Source: an uncultured Verrucomicrobiae bacterium
GTDB lineage: Bacteria > Verrucomicrobiota > Verrucomicrobiia > Limisphaerales > JAFGQR01
Assembly: GCA_963788655.1 (NCBI GenBank)
Contig: CAWBHS010000061.1
Coordinates: 1-27,518, forward strand
Length of the DNA: 27,518 bases
Reading direction: 5' to 3'
This document shows, in pieces, positions 1 to 8,188 of the stretch. The notes under the pieces are model-generated. The model ran no database searches, was not told where the DNA came from, and saw only the letters and a list, made by a program, of their open reading frames with translations. A program made the translations under genes and the position numbers. Each line of letters begins with the position of its first letter. The first letter of the stretch is position 1.

Positions 1-1
1 G

Positions 2-382
2 ATTCGCGAGGTGTCCGACGTCGCTCGGGCGAGCGTCACGGACTCCGTCTCCTGGACGCCGCCGGCCGGGACTCCGCCGGGGAGCCAGTTCCTGGTCCAG
101 CTCCAGGGAGAGGACTACGCGGGCAATGTGACGACCGAAAACCTGGTGCTGAGCACGCCCGCTGGTTCCATGCTCTCAGGAGATCAGACGCTGGATTCAG
201 ACCTCGATGGGCAGTCTGTGGCGCTCGGTCCCGGTACGTTTTCCGCGACCGAGGCTCTCACGCTTCAGCATCTGACCCTTCTTCCGGGTGCGACGTGAAT
301 ACGTCGACCTCGGAGGTCGCGCCACGGTGAGCGGAGTCCTAAGCATCCAGTGCGGCGCGTCGCTGGACGTGTCGTGGCAGGG
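2..382 (+). CDS. Partial large extracellular/surface protein (Ig-like beta-strand segment), frameshifted near 297 and cut off at about 382
   Basis: Frame is open from the window start (..SVSWTPPAGTPPGSQFLVQLQGEDYAGNVTTENL..). After TGA at 296-298 a protein-like continuation reads YVDLGGRATVSGVLSIQCGASLDVSWQG in another frame, ending where transposase sequence begins. Confidence 0.45.
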
Positions 383-1122
383 ACGCCGGTCTTCGGTCAC
401 CCCGGCGTTGCGGGGATCGGCCTCATCCCAGGGCACGCTCTCGAGCCAATCGTAAACCATGTTCGCTTTCACTCGGCTCAGGAAATAGACCGCGCACTCC
501 TGGCGGCAGCGCTTCCAATAGCGGAAGTCAATGCCCGCTTTGTCATAGATGCAGATCACCCGTTTGCCCTTCGGCACCCGCTGTCGCAGACCTTTGGGCT
601 TGATCCGCTTGAGCGCACTCATGTCGTGTTCGTGTAAGCCCTGGCCCGCGGCCAAGTGCTCCAGCAGCTGCGTTCGCAGGTTCAGACTATAGAAATGGCC
701 CACCGCCAGCTTGGCGCCCTCGTGGCGCGGATCGTGGGTCGCCGCCTGATGCCAGTGGCCGTCTTGAGTAAAGCATTCATACTGGGCTAACTCGGAATCG
801 CCGCCAACCGATCGTGGAGGGGGCGGTGGGCCGCCGTGAGCAACGTGAGGTTGACCGCGCGCAGGACCGCGCCGCGGCGGGCGCTCTGCAGGGCCGCAAA
901 GTAATTGGAGTAGCCCGGGGTGTTCGCGAAGCGCAGCCCGTGTTCCTGGAGAAAGCCCCGGCCACTTGCCGAGCGTTCGAGCACGCGTTGGACGCCCAAG
1001 CGGAGGAACGCTTCATCCGGGAACTCCGGGCACGGACGCGCGTGCGAACTAGCGGCGGCCAGGCCGTTGAGTGGTTGAAAGATGGTCTGATTCACGGTGT
1101 TATGTTTTTGAGTAATAGGCAT
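383..1122 (-). pseudogene. IS4-family-like DDE transposase, frameshifted near 795 and C-terminally truncated
   Basis: Joining ORFs 787..1155 and 197..703 gives MPITQKH...LAAIP/ELAQYECFTQDGHWH...VICIYDKAGIDF...YFLSRVKANM...EDRR. The DGH, YDKAG and FLSRVK motifs are typical of IS4-type DDE enzymes; the catalytic Glu region is missing. Confidence 0.7.
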
Positions 1123-1175
1123 TGAAGCAATTTTGGCGGCCCACGGCCCTGTCAAGCCTATTTGTTGACCTTATG
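383..1175 (-). mobile_element. Truncated IS4-like insertion sequence: left end plus 5' part of a DDE transposase
   Basis: Putative end CATAAGGTCAACAAATAGGC at 1175 (minus strand) lies just upstream of the transposase ATG at 1122. No matching right end and no transposase C-terminus are present. Confidence 0.65.
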
Positions 1176-1200
1176 CGCCTCCGGGTGAGGTTTTTTCGCG

Positions 1201-1461
1201 CGCGGAGACGTTCGAAGACCCGCGCCATCGCGACCCGCGGAAGCCGCTCCTCCGGATCATCCTGACCCGATTAACCTTCACAAATCCCTGGCATTCATGG
1301 ACACCATTCCCTATACGGTTCATTACCGCGATTCGCTCGAAACGGGTGAGTGGAAGGTGCTCCGCACAATCGCAGCGCGACCCCAGACCCAGATACGGGA
1401 AGAAGTCGACGTCCTCGAAGATGGAGCCAGTCAGCGCTTTTACCAAGTATCGACGCCATGA
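1201..1461 (+). pseudogene. C-terminal remnant of a secreted verrucomicrobial-type protein
   Basis: 1297..1461 translates to MDTIPYTVHYRDSLETGEWKVLRTIAARPQTQIREEVDVLEDGASQRFYQVSTP*, preceded in another frame by DPRHRDPRKPLLRI. This resembles the YTVxYxDSL..W...RFY C-terminal tail of verrucomicrobial extracellular proteins. Confidence 0.55.
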
Positions 1462-1631
1462 GAGCTGGGTGAGGTCCGAGCTCAATAATCGGGAAGGTGT
1501 CAGCAGTACCTGCTTTCGGTGCCATGATCTGCGTCCTACCGGAAAGCTATTTTATCAGTCGACGTTAGTGAGTGGTCGCCCCGTGTGAAAGCGCGCGGCG
1601 TTCTTGTTCAGGTATGGTCTATAATGCAATA

Positions 1632-2631
1632 TGGGGCTATTAACATTGTTCCCCCAGCCCAATACCTTGGGGTTGGGTGCCGCCAATCAGTTGTGGGCAA
1701 CGCACCGGAGCGATGGCTAGAGATTGCTCGATCAGGCGGTAGAAGAGTAGTCCGCGCGAGCGCGAGCGACGGCGATTAAATCGAAATACAAACTCATCCA
1801 GATAGTAGTCCAGATGCGAATGCGCCACCGCTCCTTGATGCGTGCCCAAGGGCCAGCGTTGCAGCAAGCTAGCCACCCGGTTGGCGCGTGGGAGCACGTT
1901 TTCGCCGACCACCGCGCCTTTGCGCACCACCTGACGGTCGTAGCCCGCCTCGGTCAACCCGCCATACCCGTCCCAATCGTCCGTCAGCACTTGGGACTGG
2001 GGTCCGACCATCTTGCCCACGGCCATCGTCAGCACCGCTTGGGAGGCGTTGGCGACGCGCCCCAACCGGATGCGGCCGATCCGGGAACCATCGGCCTGCG
2101 CCGCCACCAGCACCAAAGCCTTGCCAGCCGCGCCTCGTCCGCGTCTGCCCAGTCTTTCCCCGCCGATATATACCTCGTCCACCTCCACCGTTCCGGCCAA
2201 GCGGTCCCGGCCCGGGACGCACCATCGCCTGCCGCAGCTTGTGCAACCACCGCCACGCGGTCGGATAGCTGACGCCCAGCACCCGTTGCACGCCCAAGGC
2301 ACTGGCGCCGTACTTTTGGTTGACGACATAGCACATGGCCTCAAACCACAGGCTCATCGGCAGACGGGTGTCCCCAAGCAAGGTGCCCGCCGTGACGGTG
2401 AAATCATGGCGGCAAACGGCGCAGCGATAGAGGGGCGCTTTCATGGCCCAAACCTCCGCCTGCGGACAACGTGGGCAGCACGGGCCGTTCGGCCAGCGGA
2501 TCCGCTCCAAGTACAGGCGACAGGATTCGTCATCGGGAAACCACGCCCGGAATTCACGTCACGGTTTCAGGATAGTCAGACATGCCCCGCTACTACCAGA
2601 TGTGGCTGGGGGAACAATGTTAATAGCCCTA
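1632..2631 (-). mobile_element. Complete IS1595-family insertion sequence (1000 bp)
   Basis: Perfect 26-bp terminal inverted repeats GGGCTATTAACATTGTTCCCCCAGCC at 1634-1659 and 2604-2629 (27/28 including the terminal TG/TA). 8-bp direct repeats ATGCAATA at 1624-1631 and 2632-2639. Confidence 0.92.
1640..2583 (-). CDS. IS1595-family transposase (Zn ribbon, HTH, DDE) with two frameshifts (about 2555 and 2215)
   Basis: MSDYPETV/EFRAWFPDDESCRLYLERIRWPNGPCCPRC...YRCAVC...TAWRWLHKLRQAM.../TVEVDEVYIGG...VLTDDWDGY...GTHQGAV...YLDEFVFRFNRR. Confidence 0.88.
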
Positions 2632-2666
2632 ATGCAATATTCCGATGGCCCTACTTAAGGACTCAA

Positions 2667-3400
2667 TTACGCCGCTTCATTCAGTTCCTTGTCCTGCGTC
2701 CGCTCGATGCGATCCTGGATTTCCTGCGCGGTCATCTTCGCCGCAGGATTGTCGGTGAGTTGTTCGACGAGCTCGGAAACGGTCGTGAACACGCCCGCTT
2801 CTTTCTGGTGCTCCTTGAGCCATTTGACGAACTGGGCGTCGGCTGATTGGCCTTGGGGCGTGGTTTCGAGCACGGCCCGCGCGGTCTCGACGGCTTGGAC
2901 CAGGGCGCCGTTGACTTGCTTGTTTCGCACCTGGCGGTAGCCGTGATACAAGCCGCCGAGCACCAAGGCGAAGATGCTGCCGATACCGGGCAGGAAGGTG
3001 TTTATCACAGAACCGGCGGCCTGGATGGTGGCTTCGGCTTCGGGCTTGGCGACCAGGTTGGTGACTGGCACCTGGACGAGGTTCGTCTGGAAGATCGGCA
3101 CCACGTTCGTCAGTAGCATGGTGACGAAGTTGGTCGCCACCGGTTCGGTCGTGGCGTAGCCGGACACGGCGCCGGTGGTTTTATTGGTCACCATGACGAT
3201 GTTCGTTCGGCTCGATAATCTGGGGCACCAGGTTGGTGACGACTACGGTGTTGGTGACCACGTGGACTACGCGCGCATTGGTCCAGGTCACTTGCTGGTC
3301 GTAGGCCCGGTCCAGCGTTGAACAGCCGGCCCACAAGAACACGCTCAATCCGACCGCGAAGACCAGCCCGTTGCGCGAATATGGTCCTGGCGAGGGCCAT
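2667..3400 (-). CDS. Putative lipoprotein with V/T-rich TN repeats, a transmembrane helix and a helical C-terminal domain (frameshifts near 3375 and 3212)
   Basis: Upstream frame reads RNGLVFAVGLSVFLWAG-CSTLDRAY...VVTNTVVVTNLVPQIIE and joins ORF 2667..3194, which contains the hydrophobic segment FLPGIGSIFALVLGGLY. The start at 3400 is inferred. Confidence 0.6.
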
Positions 3401-3523
3401 CAGCGATGACGGTTCCAGTCCAGAACCATTCAAATTTCAACTTCTTCAGTCCTTCTGGACCCACTGAGGACGATCATCCCGGTGTGGTTGTCGAATCCAA
3501 AGACCGGCACGCCACGTCCGCAG

Positions 3524-3751
3524 GATGGCCTCGGGCGGCAGCGCGGGATTGAGCCGCTCCAACGCCGCGCGCAACCGGGAAACCAATACCACCTCTCCCT
3601 TCGTCTCCCGACCGAGCAACCCAGCGTCATGCGGCTCGCCAGCAACGCCGGCATTGGGCGGCGGCCCGGCCACTTGCCAACCAAGCTCCGCGAACAACCC
3701 GATGGCGGGCTGCTCGACAAGCTGGTCTTCGCTGTAGGCGTGGGTGCTCAT
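3524..3751 (-). pseudogene. hsdR: N-terminal fragment (about 76 aa) of a type I restriction enzyme R subunit
   Basis: MSTHAYSEDQLVEQPAIGLFAELGW...LGRETKGEVVLVSRLRAALERLNPALPPEAI is a characteristic HsdR N-terminus. Similarity stops abruptly after EAI. Confidence 0.8.
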
Positions 3752-3895
3752 GGCCGAACGGCTTTTAATTAAACATGAAGTTACTGAATTTCAGATGGTT
3801 ATTTCGTTCGGGCCTGTTCCACTTGTTGGCGCGCTCTTTGCTCTTGTTTTGTAATGCGGCTCAACCGAACCGGGTATTTCGGATAACATCCTCTG

Positions 3896-3924
3896 TTGAC
3901 GTCACCCATGCGCTTGGGTATGGT
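3896..3924 (+). promoter_or_regulatory. Sigma70-type promoter for the candidate small RNA
   Basis: TTGACG (3896-3901), 17-bp spacer, TATGGT (3919-3924). The predicted +1 is G3931, the first base of the closing stem. Confidence 0.65.
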
Positions 3925-3930
3925 GATTTC

Positions 3931-3998
3931 GCACCGGAAGTTGGGCTTTCTTGTCCCGACCGAGGATTGGAAACAATCGTCCGGTGCATTTTCTTTTT
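3931..3998 (+). ncRNA. Candidate DUF3800-associated small structured RNA (three-way junction plus U-tract)
   Basis: P1 GCACCGGA(3931-3938)/TCCGGTGC(3980-3987); P2 GTTGGG(3940-3945)/CCCGAC(3955-3960) with a U-G wobble; P3 GATTG-GAAA-CAATC (3965-3978) with a GNRA loop. It is followed by ATTTTCTTTTT, which touches the DUF3800 stop codon. Confidence 0.6.
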
Positions 3999-4738
3999 CA
4001 TGATTGCCTCGCACGAATCACCTTCAGGCTGCTCACCCAATAGCCATCGTTGTTCTTGAAACTGAAGAAGCAACGTTTCAACGCTTCGAAATACGGCTTC
4101 GCCTGCGGATGCGACGAGAACCGCAAGCCCACCACTGTCGTTGCGAAATCGGCCAGTTGCAACCCCACGTTCTGTGCCTGCGAAATGGCGAAGAACGGCG
4201 TCTTGATGATAGCGTCGAGCGACAAACCGTAGGCGCTACGAAGAAGTTCGTGATCGCTGTCGCGTTCTGTTGGTTTGTGCCGTAATCCCGGTCATCAAAG
4301 ACGAGCTTCGCCATTCGTCCCTGATGCTTGATCTTCATGAACATGTCCACCCGCTCGAACACATATCGGAACGTGATGTCTAACGAGGCCACATCCTCAC
4401 ACTTGAACTGCTGCATCCCTTTCTCGAAACACGCACAGCCAAACCCGTAAATTCCCTTTGCCTCCATGTAGGCCAGCAAATCCTTCGCCAGCGCGAGATT
4501 CTTCGATTCAACTCCGCGCGCCGCCAGGCCGAATACATAGTTCTTCAGCAGCTCCTTGCCCTTGATCTCCCGTTCGCGCGCAAACTCCGCCCCAAAATGT
4601 TTATATTTCAGTTGGTAGATAGTCGTTTGTTACCTTGGCCAATTGATTCGCCGGAATCGCCACGCCGCACAACGCTCCCAGCGTCACGCCGGAATGCGTC
4701 AGCGAATCCCGAAAAGTTTCGTCAAAGAATATCAACAT
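3998..4738 (-). CDS. DUF3800 domain protein (predicted RNase H-like fold), two frameshifts (about 4620 and 4235)
   Basis: Reconstructed MLIFFDETFRDS...EIKGKELLKNYVF...AKLVFDDRDY...PFFAISQAQNVGLQLADFATTVVG...RARQS*. The N-terminal DE and C-terminal QxxD motifs are the family hallmarks. Confidence 0.75.
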
Positions 4739-5122
4739 GCCTTTTGCCCCTTCTTGAGTTTAACCAGTGCGTCCAGCAGTCCCTTCAGGTGAAACCGGTT
4801 TGTCTCTCCGACTCGCATTTCTCGTTTTAGATACCCCTTCTGTTCCAGACTTGCTGCCCACCGCCGCGCCGACTTCGTGGAAACGTGCATCCGCTGGGCA
4901 ATGGTCTTGTAAGCTGGGAACGGCGCGTTCTCATCCCACTTGTGCTGCATCAGGTGAATTACGAACATCGCTTCACCGTAGGTAAGGTCGAACGGTTTCA
5001 GCGGATAGTAGTTCTCCAAGAAGAATGTGCTGACCGGAACAAAGCCATCTATCTTCTTTCAAAGCCGGCGCCCAGCGCTTCTCAAAACTGAATTTGTCGT
5101 TGGTGGTAGCAGTTGCTGTCAC
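4732..5122 (-). CDS. Winged helix-turn-helix protein (HTH_36/DnaD-N-like), frameshift near 5050
   Basis: GTG start gives TATATTNDKFSFEKRWAPALKE/DGFVPVSTFFLENYY...PFPAYKTIAQRMHVSTKSARRWAASLEQKGYLKR. Its stop overlaps the DUF3800 start (ATGTTGA). Confidence 0.7.
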
Positions 5123-5128
5123 GACTTA

Positions 5129-5157
5129 AGAATCCTTGCTTTCCATGCGCGTGGCAA
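5129..5157 (-). promoter_or_regulatory. Putative sigma70 promoter of the wHTH-DUF3800 operon (leaderless)
   Basis: TTGCCA, 17 bp, GATTCT, then 6 nt to the GTG start at 5122. Confidence 0.4.
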
Positions 5158-5229
5158 CCATCCACCGCTCTTCGTCGTCCAACGGTCAAAGCCGAAGGGG
5201 GCGTAACCACGCTCGAAAACCTGAAATGA

Positions 5230-5296
5230 GGGACAGAAAGGGGACAGATAGTTTTTTTGCGAAACAGTGAATCAGTTGCAACTACTTAATTATAAA
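5230..5296. other. Putative att-site region of the tRNA-anchored island
   Basis: Direct repeat GGGACAGA at 5230-5237 and 5241-5248 (11-bp period), plus an AT-rich tract directly 3' of the tRNA CCA end. Confidence 0.45.
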
Positions 5297-5373
5297 TGGC
5301 GCACCCATGAGGAGTCGAACCTCAAACCTGCTGATCCGTAGTCAGCCGCTCTATCCAATTGAGCTATGGGTGC
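5297..5373 (-). tRNA. tRNA-Arg(ACG)
   Basis: Reverse complement GCACCCATAGCTCAATTGGATAGAGCGGCTGACTACGGATCAGCAGGTTTGAGGTTCGACTCCTCATGGGTGCGCCA: 77 nt cloverleaf, anticodon ACG, TTCGA T-loop, encoded CCA. Confidence 0.97.
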
Positions 5374-5855
5374 ATAGTGACACCGTGTGGCCCGGCGGCA
5401 ACTTGTTTGCGGTAGCCATCATCAGCCTCGCGCTGCCTTCAGGCAGTATTGTCTGCCCGGCAAAATCTCCGGCAAAGCCTGTGCTGCCCAGCCCCGAACC
5501 GCTAATTGTAGCCTGGGCCTGCAAGTTCCGTCGGAAGGTATTTTGCCTCGATTAGGACGCAGGGCAAGTTAATTTCCACAAGAGGGCCATTTCCGAACAC
5601 CTTGGCGGGCGTCACCTCAACCGGCCTCCGTAGCGGAGATCATAAAGCACGACCACAGCTTTGGATCCGTCGCCTGATTGAATTCTGACGCCCGGGCACG
5701 TAACCGCTCGGTCCCTGGCAGCCAGAATTCCGGCACGGTCGTGTTGGCTCGCGCTCAGCCACGGTCGTAAACAACTCGATCAAGATTCAATTATCTTGTT
5801 TTCAAGGAGGGACCGAACCCGTAGCATTGGTTTGCATCAATTAACGACAACCGAT

Positions 5856-7229
5856 ATGAAAGCTTGTTTTCTATTTCTGCTCACGGCGTTCTTCCTGCAG
5901 GCGACCACAATCCTGCATGGCGAGGTCAAGATCGATACCGACCACAACCGCAGTCAGGACGCCACCGCGGAGTTCAAGTTCAAACGCGTACCCCGGCCTT
6001 CACAAGGGGATGCCGCCGCCCAAGCCAAATTCATCATCGTGGACGGCCGAGGCGACGCGAATGGCGGCGATGCGGAAAAGCTCCATGACGATCAGATTCC
6101 GACCAACGACGACCAGCCTTCAGGGAATTTCTTCTTTCGCGCCGGCACAGCCGGCGGGCGGATTATGGTGGACCTGGGGCGCGTCATTGACATGAAACAG
6201 GTCAACACCTATTCCTGGCACTCGGACACCCGCGGCCCACAGGTGTATCAACTCTACGCCAGCGAGGGGAAGACGGACAATTTTAACGCCCAGCCCAAAC
6301 AAGGGACGGATCCTACGGCGTGCGGCTGGAAACCGATTGGCAAGGTGGATACCCGGCCGGCCGAGGGCGAAGGCGGCGGCCAATACGGTGTTTCTATTCT
6401 CGATACGACCGGTTCGCTGGGCAAATACCAATATCTTCTGTTCGACATTGCCCGCACGGAAGACCGTGATCCGTTCGGCAACACCTTTTACGGCGAAATT
6501 GATGTCATCGACCGGAATGCGCCGGCGCCTCAAGCGGTGACCCCACCCGTCGCCGGATCGAGCGTCTTTAAGGTCGAGGCCGGCGACGGCAAGTATGAAA
6601 TCACGATCGACACCTCCAGTGCCCCCGACCTGACTGATCCGGTGAAACAGAAGCTGGTGCCCGTCATCAAGGAATGGTATCCGAAGCTGGTCCAAATGCT
6701 GCCCAGTGAAGGATTCGAAGCGCCCCGGAGGTTCAGCATTCTGTTCGACGAGGGCATGCAAGGGGTGGCCGCGACCAGCGGCACTCGCATCCGGGTGGCT
6801 GCCCGGTGGTTCCGGCAAAACTTGGCGGGTGAATCCATTGGCTCCGTGGTTCACGAGATGGTTCACGTCGTTCAACAATACGGCCGGGGCCGGCGCGCGA
6901 GCCGCCCTCCCGGCTGGCTGGTCGAAGGTATTACCGACTACATTCGCTGGTTCCATTTCGAACCGCAGTCCCACGGGGCTGAGATCACCCGACGGAACAT
7001 TTCCCGCGCTCGCTACGACGGCAGCTATCGGATCACGGCCAATTTCCTGAACTGGATTACCGTCAAATATGACAAGAACTTCGTTTGGAAGCTGAACGCC
7101 GCCATCCGAGAGGGCCGTTATAGCGAAGACTATTGGAAAGCCCAAACCAGCCATACCGTTGCAGAACTCGGGGCCGAGTGGAAAGCCAGTCTGGAAAAGC
7201 AGATCGCCGCGGACGCGGGCAACGGCTGA
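5856..7229 (+). CDS. Secreted basic secretory protein (BSP)-family zinc metallopeptidase with an N-terminal beta-sandwich domain
   Basis: Signal peptide MKACFLFLLTAFFLQA; HEMVH zinc motif followed by WLVEGITDYIR; YDGSYRITANFLNW. Confidence 0.85.
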   Translation: MKACFLFLLTAFFLQATTILHGEVKIDTDHNRSQDATAEFKFKRVPRPSQGDAAAQAKFIIVDGRGDANGGDAEKLHDDQIPTNDDQPSGNFFFRAGTAGGRIMVDLGRVIDMKQVNTYSWHSDTRGPQVYQLYASEGKTDNFNAQPKQGTDPTACGWKPIGKVDTRPAEGEGGGQYGVSILDTTGSLGKYQYLLFDIARTEDRDPFGNTFYGEIDVIDRNAPAPQAVTPPVAGSSVFKVEAGDGKYEITIDTSSAPDLTDPVKQKLVPVIKEWYPKLVQMLPSEGFEAPRRFSILFDEGMQGVAATSGTRIRVAARWFRQNLAGESIGSVVHEMVHVVQQYGRGRRASRPPGWLVEGITDYIRWFHFEPQSHGAEITRRNISRARYDGSYRITANFLNWITVKYDKNFVWKLNAAIREGRYSEDYWKAQTSHTVAELGAEWKASLEKQIAADAGNG

Positions 7230-7361
7230 TCCGCATCGACCCAGTGGCCAACCGGCGCGCGCCCGCTTCGGGCGCCGAGGTGGGCGGCACCCCAACGACT
7301 TTCGAGCGGGGGTTCAGCGAGCAATTTAGTGACTTCGCCGGAACGATTCAGTTAGAGTGCT

Positions 7362-7503
7362 TGCGTTCGTGAGAACGCGGCTAACTGGCGCGGTGAAACG
7401 TCTGTTCCAGACGAAGGCAGTCCGGTCACTTTCCGGTGACCCGTGGGATGCCGCCGTTAGCGCAATGGATCCCTTTATAGTCAGCCGCGTTCTCACGAAC
7501 GCA
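7362..7503. repeat. REP-like inverted repeat pair
   Basis: Perfect 21-bp inverted repeat TGCGTTCGTGAGAACGCGGCT at 7362-7382 and 7483-7503; each arm is itself palindromic. Confidence 0.8.
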
Positions 7504-7698
7504 GCCACAGTCGCTGCATACAAACGGGTTGCGCCGTTGCCGGGCCTGCTCGCGAGGGTGTCTTTTGGCCGCGTCCGAGGCGGGCACATTTCCCCTCGCC
7601 GATTGGAGACTCCTGCGGCTCGATCCAGCAACATGGCAGACAAGGTAAAGTGGCGGGCCATCTGATTGGAGAATTTCACGGCCGGTTGCAAAATATTC

Positions 7699-7724
7699 TG
7701 TAACCATTTTCCCAGGCCCTCGTC
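7699..7724 (+). promoter_or_regulatory. Putative ECF sigma factor promoter
   Basis: TGTAAC, 16 nt, CGTC, about 85 nt upstream of the Spy-like gene; matches the AAC-N16-CGT ECF pattern. Confidence 0.45.
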
Positions 7725-7807
7725 TTCCCTCTCGTAACAGGAAACTGGCTGGAAACTCGGCATGGAGTTTGGGTCAGTAGCCGAAAAACAACGAATCAAT
7801 AAACTGC

Positions 7808-8188
7808 ATGAAAAAATTCATTCTAATCGCCGTAATCACGCTGGGAGCCCTCGTCACCTATGGTCCGATGGCACAAGCTGCTGACGCCGGCGGGAAAACC
7901 GCAAAAACGAAACGGGGGGGGCGTCAGAACCAAGTGGAACTGATGAAGACAGAGCTGAGCCTGACCGACAAGCAGGTTGTAGAACTCAAGCCAGTGCTGG
8001 AAGAACAGCAGAAGAAAATGCGAGAAATGTTCCAGGACAGGAACACTCCCCGCGAAGAACGGCGCGCGAAGATGCAGAAACTTCAGGAGGAAACCAATAC
8101 CAAACTCAAGACCATCCTGACTAGCGAACAGATGGAAAAATGGCAGAAACTGCAACAGGAACGCCGGAAAAAACGTTCCAAGCAATAA
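7808..8188 (+). CDS. Periplasmic Spy/CpxP-like (LTxxQ motif) protein
   Basis: Signal peptide ending AQA; LSLTDKQ and ILTSEQMEKW motifs; helical and K/E/Q-rich. Confidence 0.8.
   Translation: MKKFILIAVITLGALVTYGPMAQAADAGGKTAKTKRGGRQNQVELMKTELSLTDKQVVELKPVLEEQQKKMREMFQDRNTPREERRAKMQKLQEETNTKLKTILTSEQMEKWQKLQQERRKKRSKQ

Noticed and set aside
1622..2640. Unusual 11-bp target duplication TAATGCAATAT for the IS1595 element
   Set aside because: Placing the ends symmetrically at 1632 and 2631 gives the family-typical 8-bp duplication ATGCAATA; the extra matches are coincidental with the terminal bases.
3775..4073. Small ORFs 3775..4059, 3799..4014 and 3861..4073
   Set aside because: They have no recognisable motifs and overlap the promoter/structured-RNA unit, which explains the region better.
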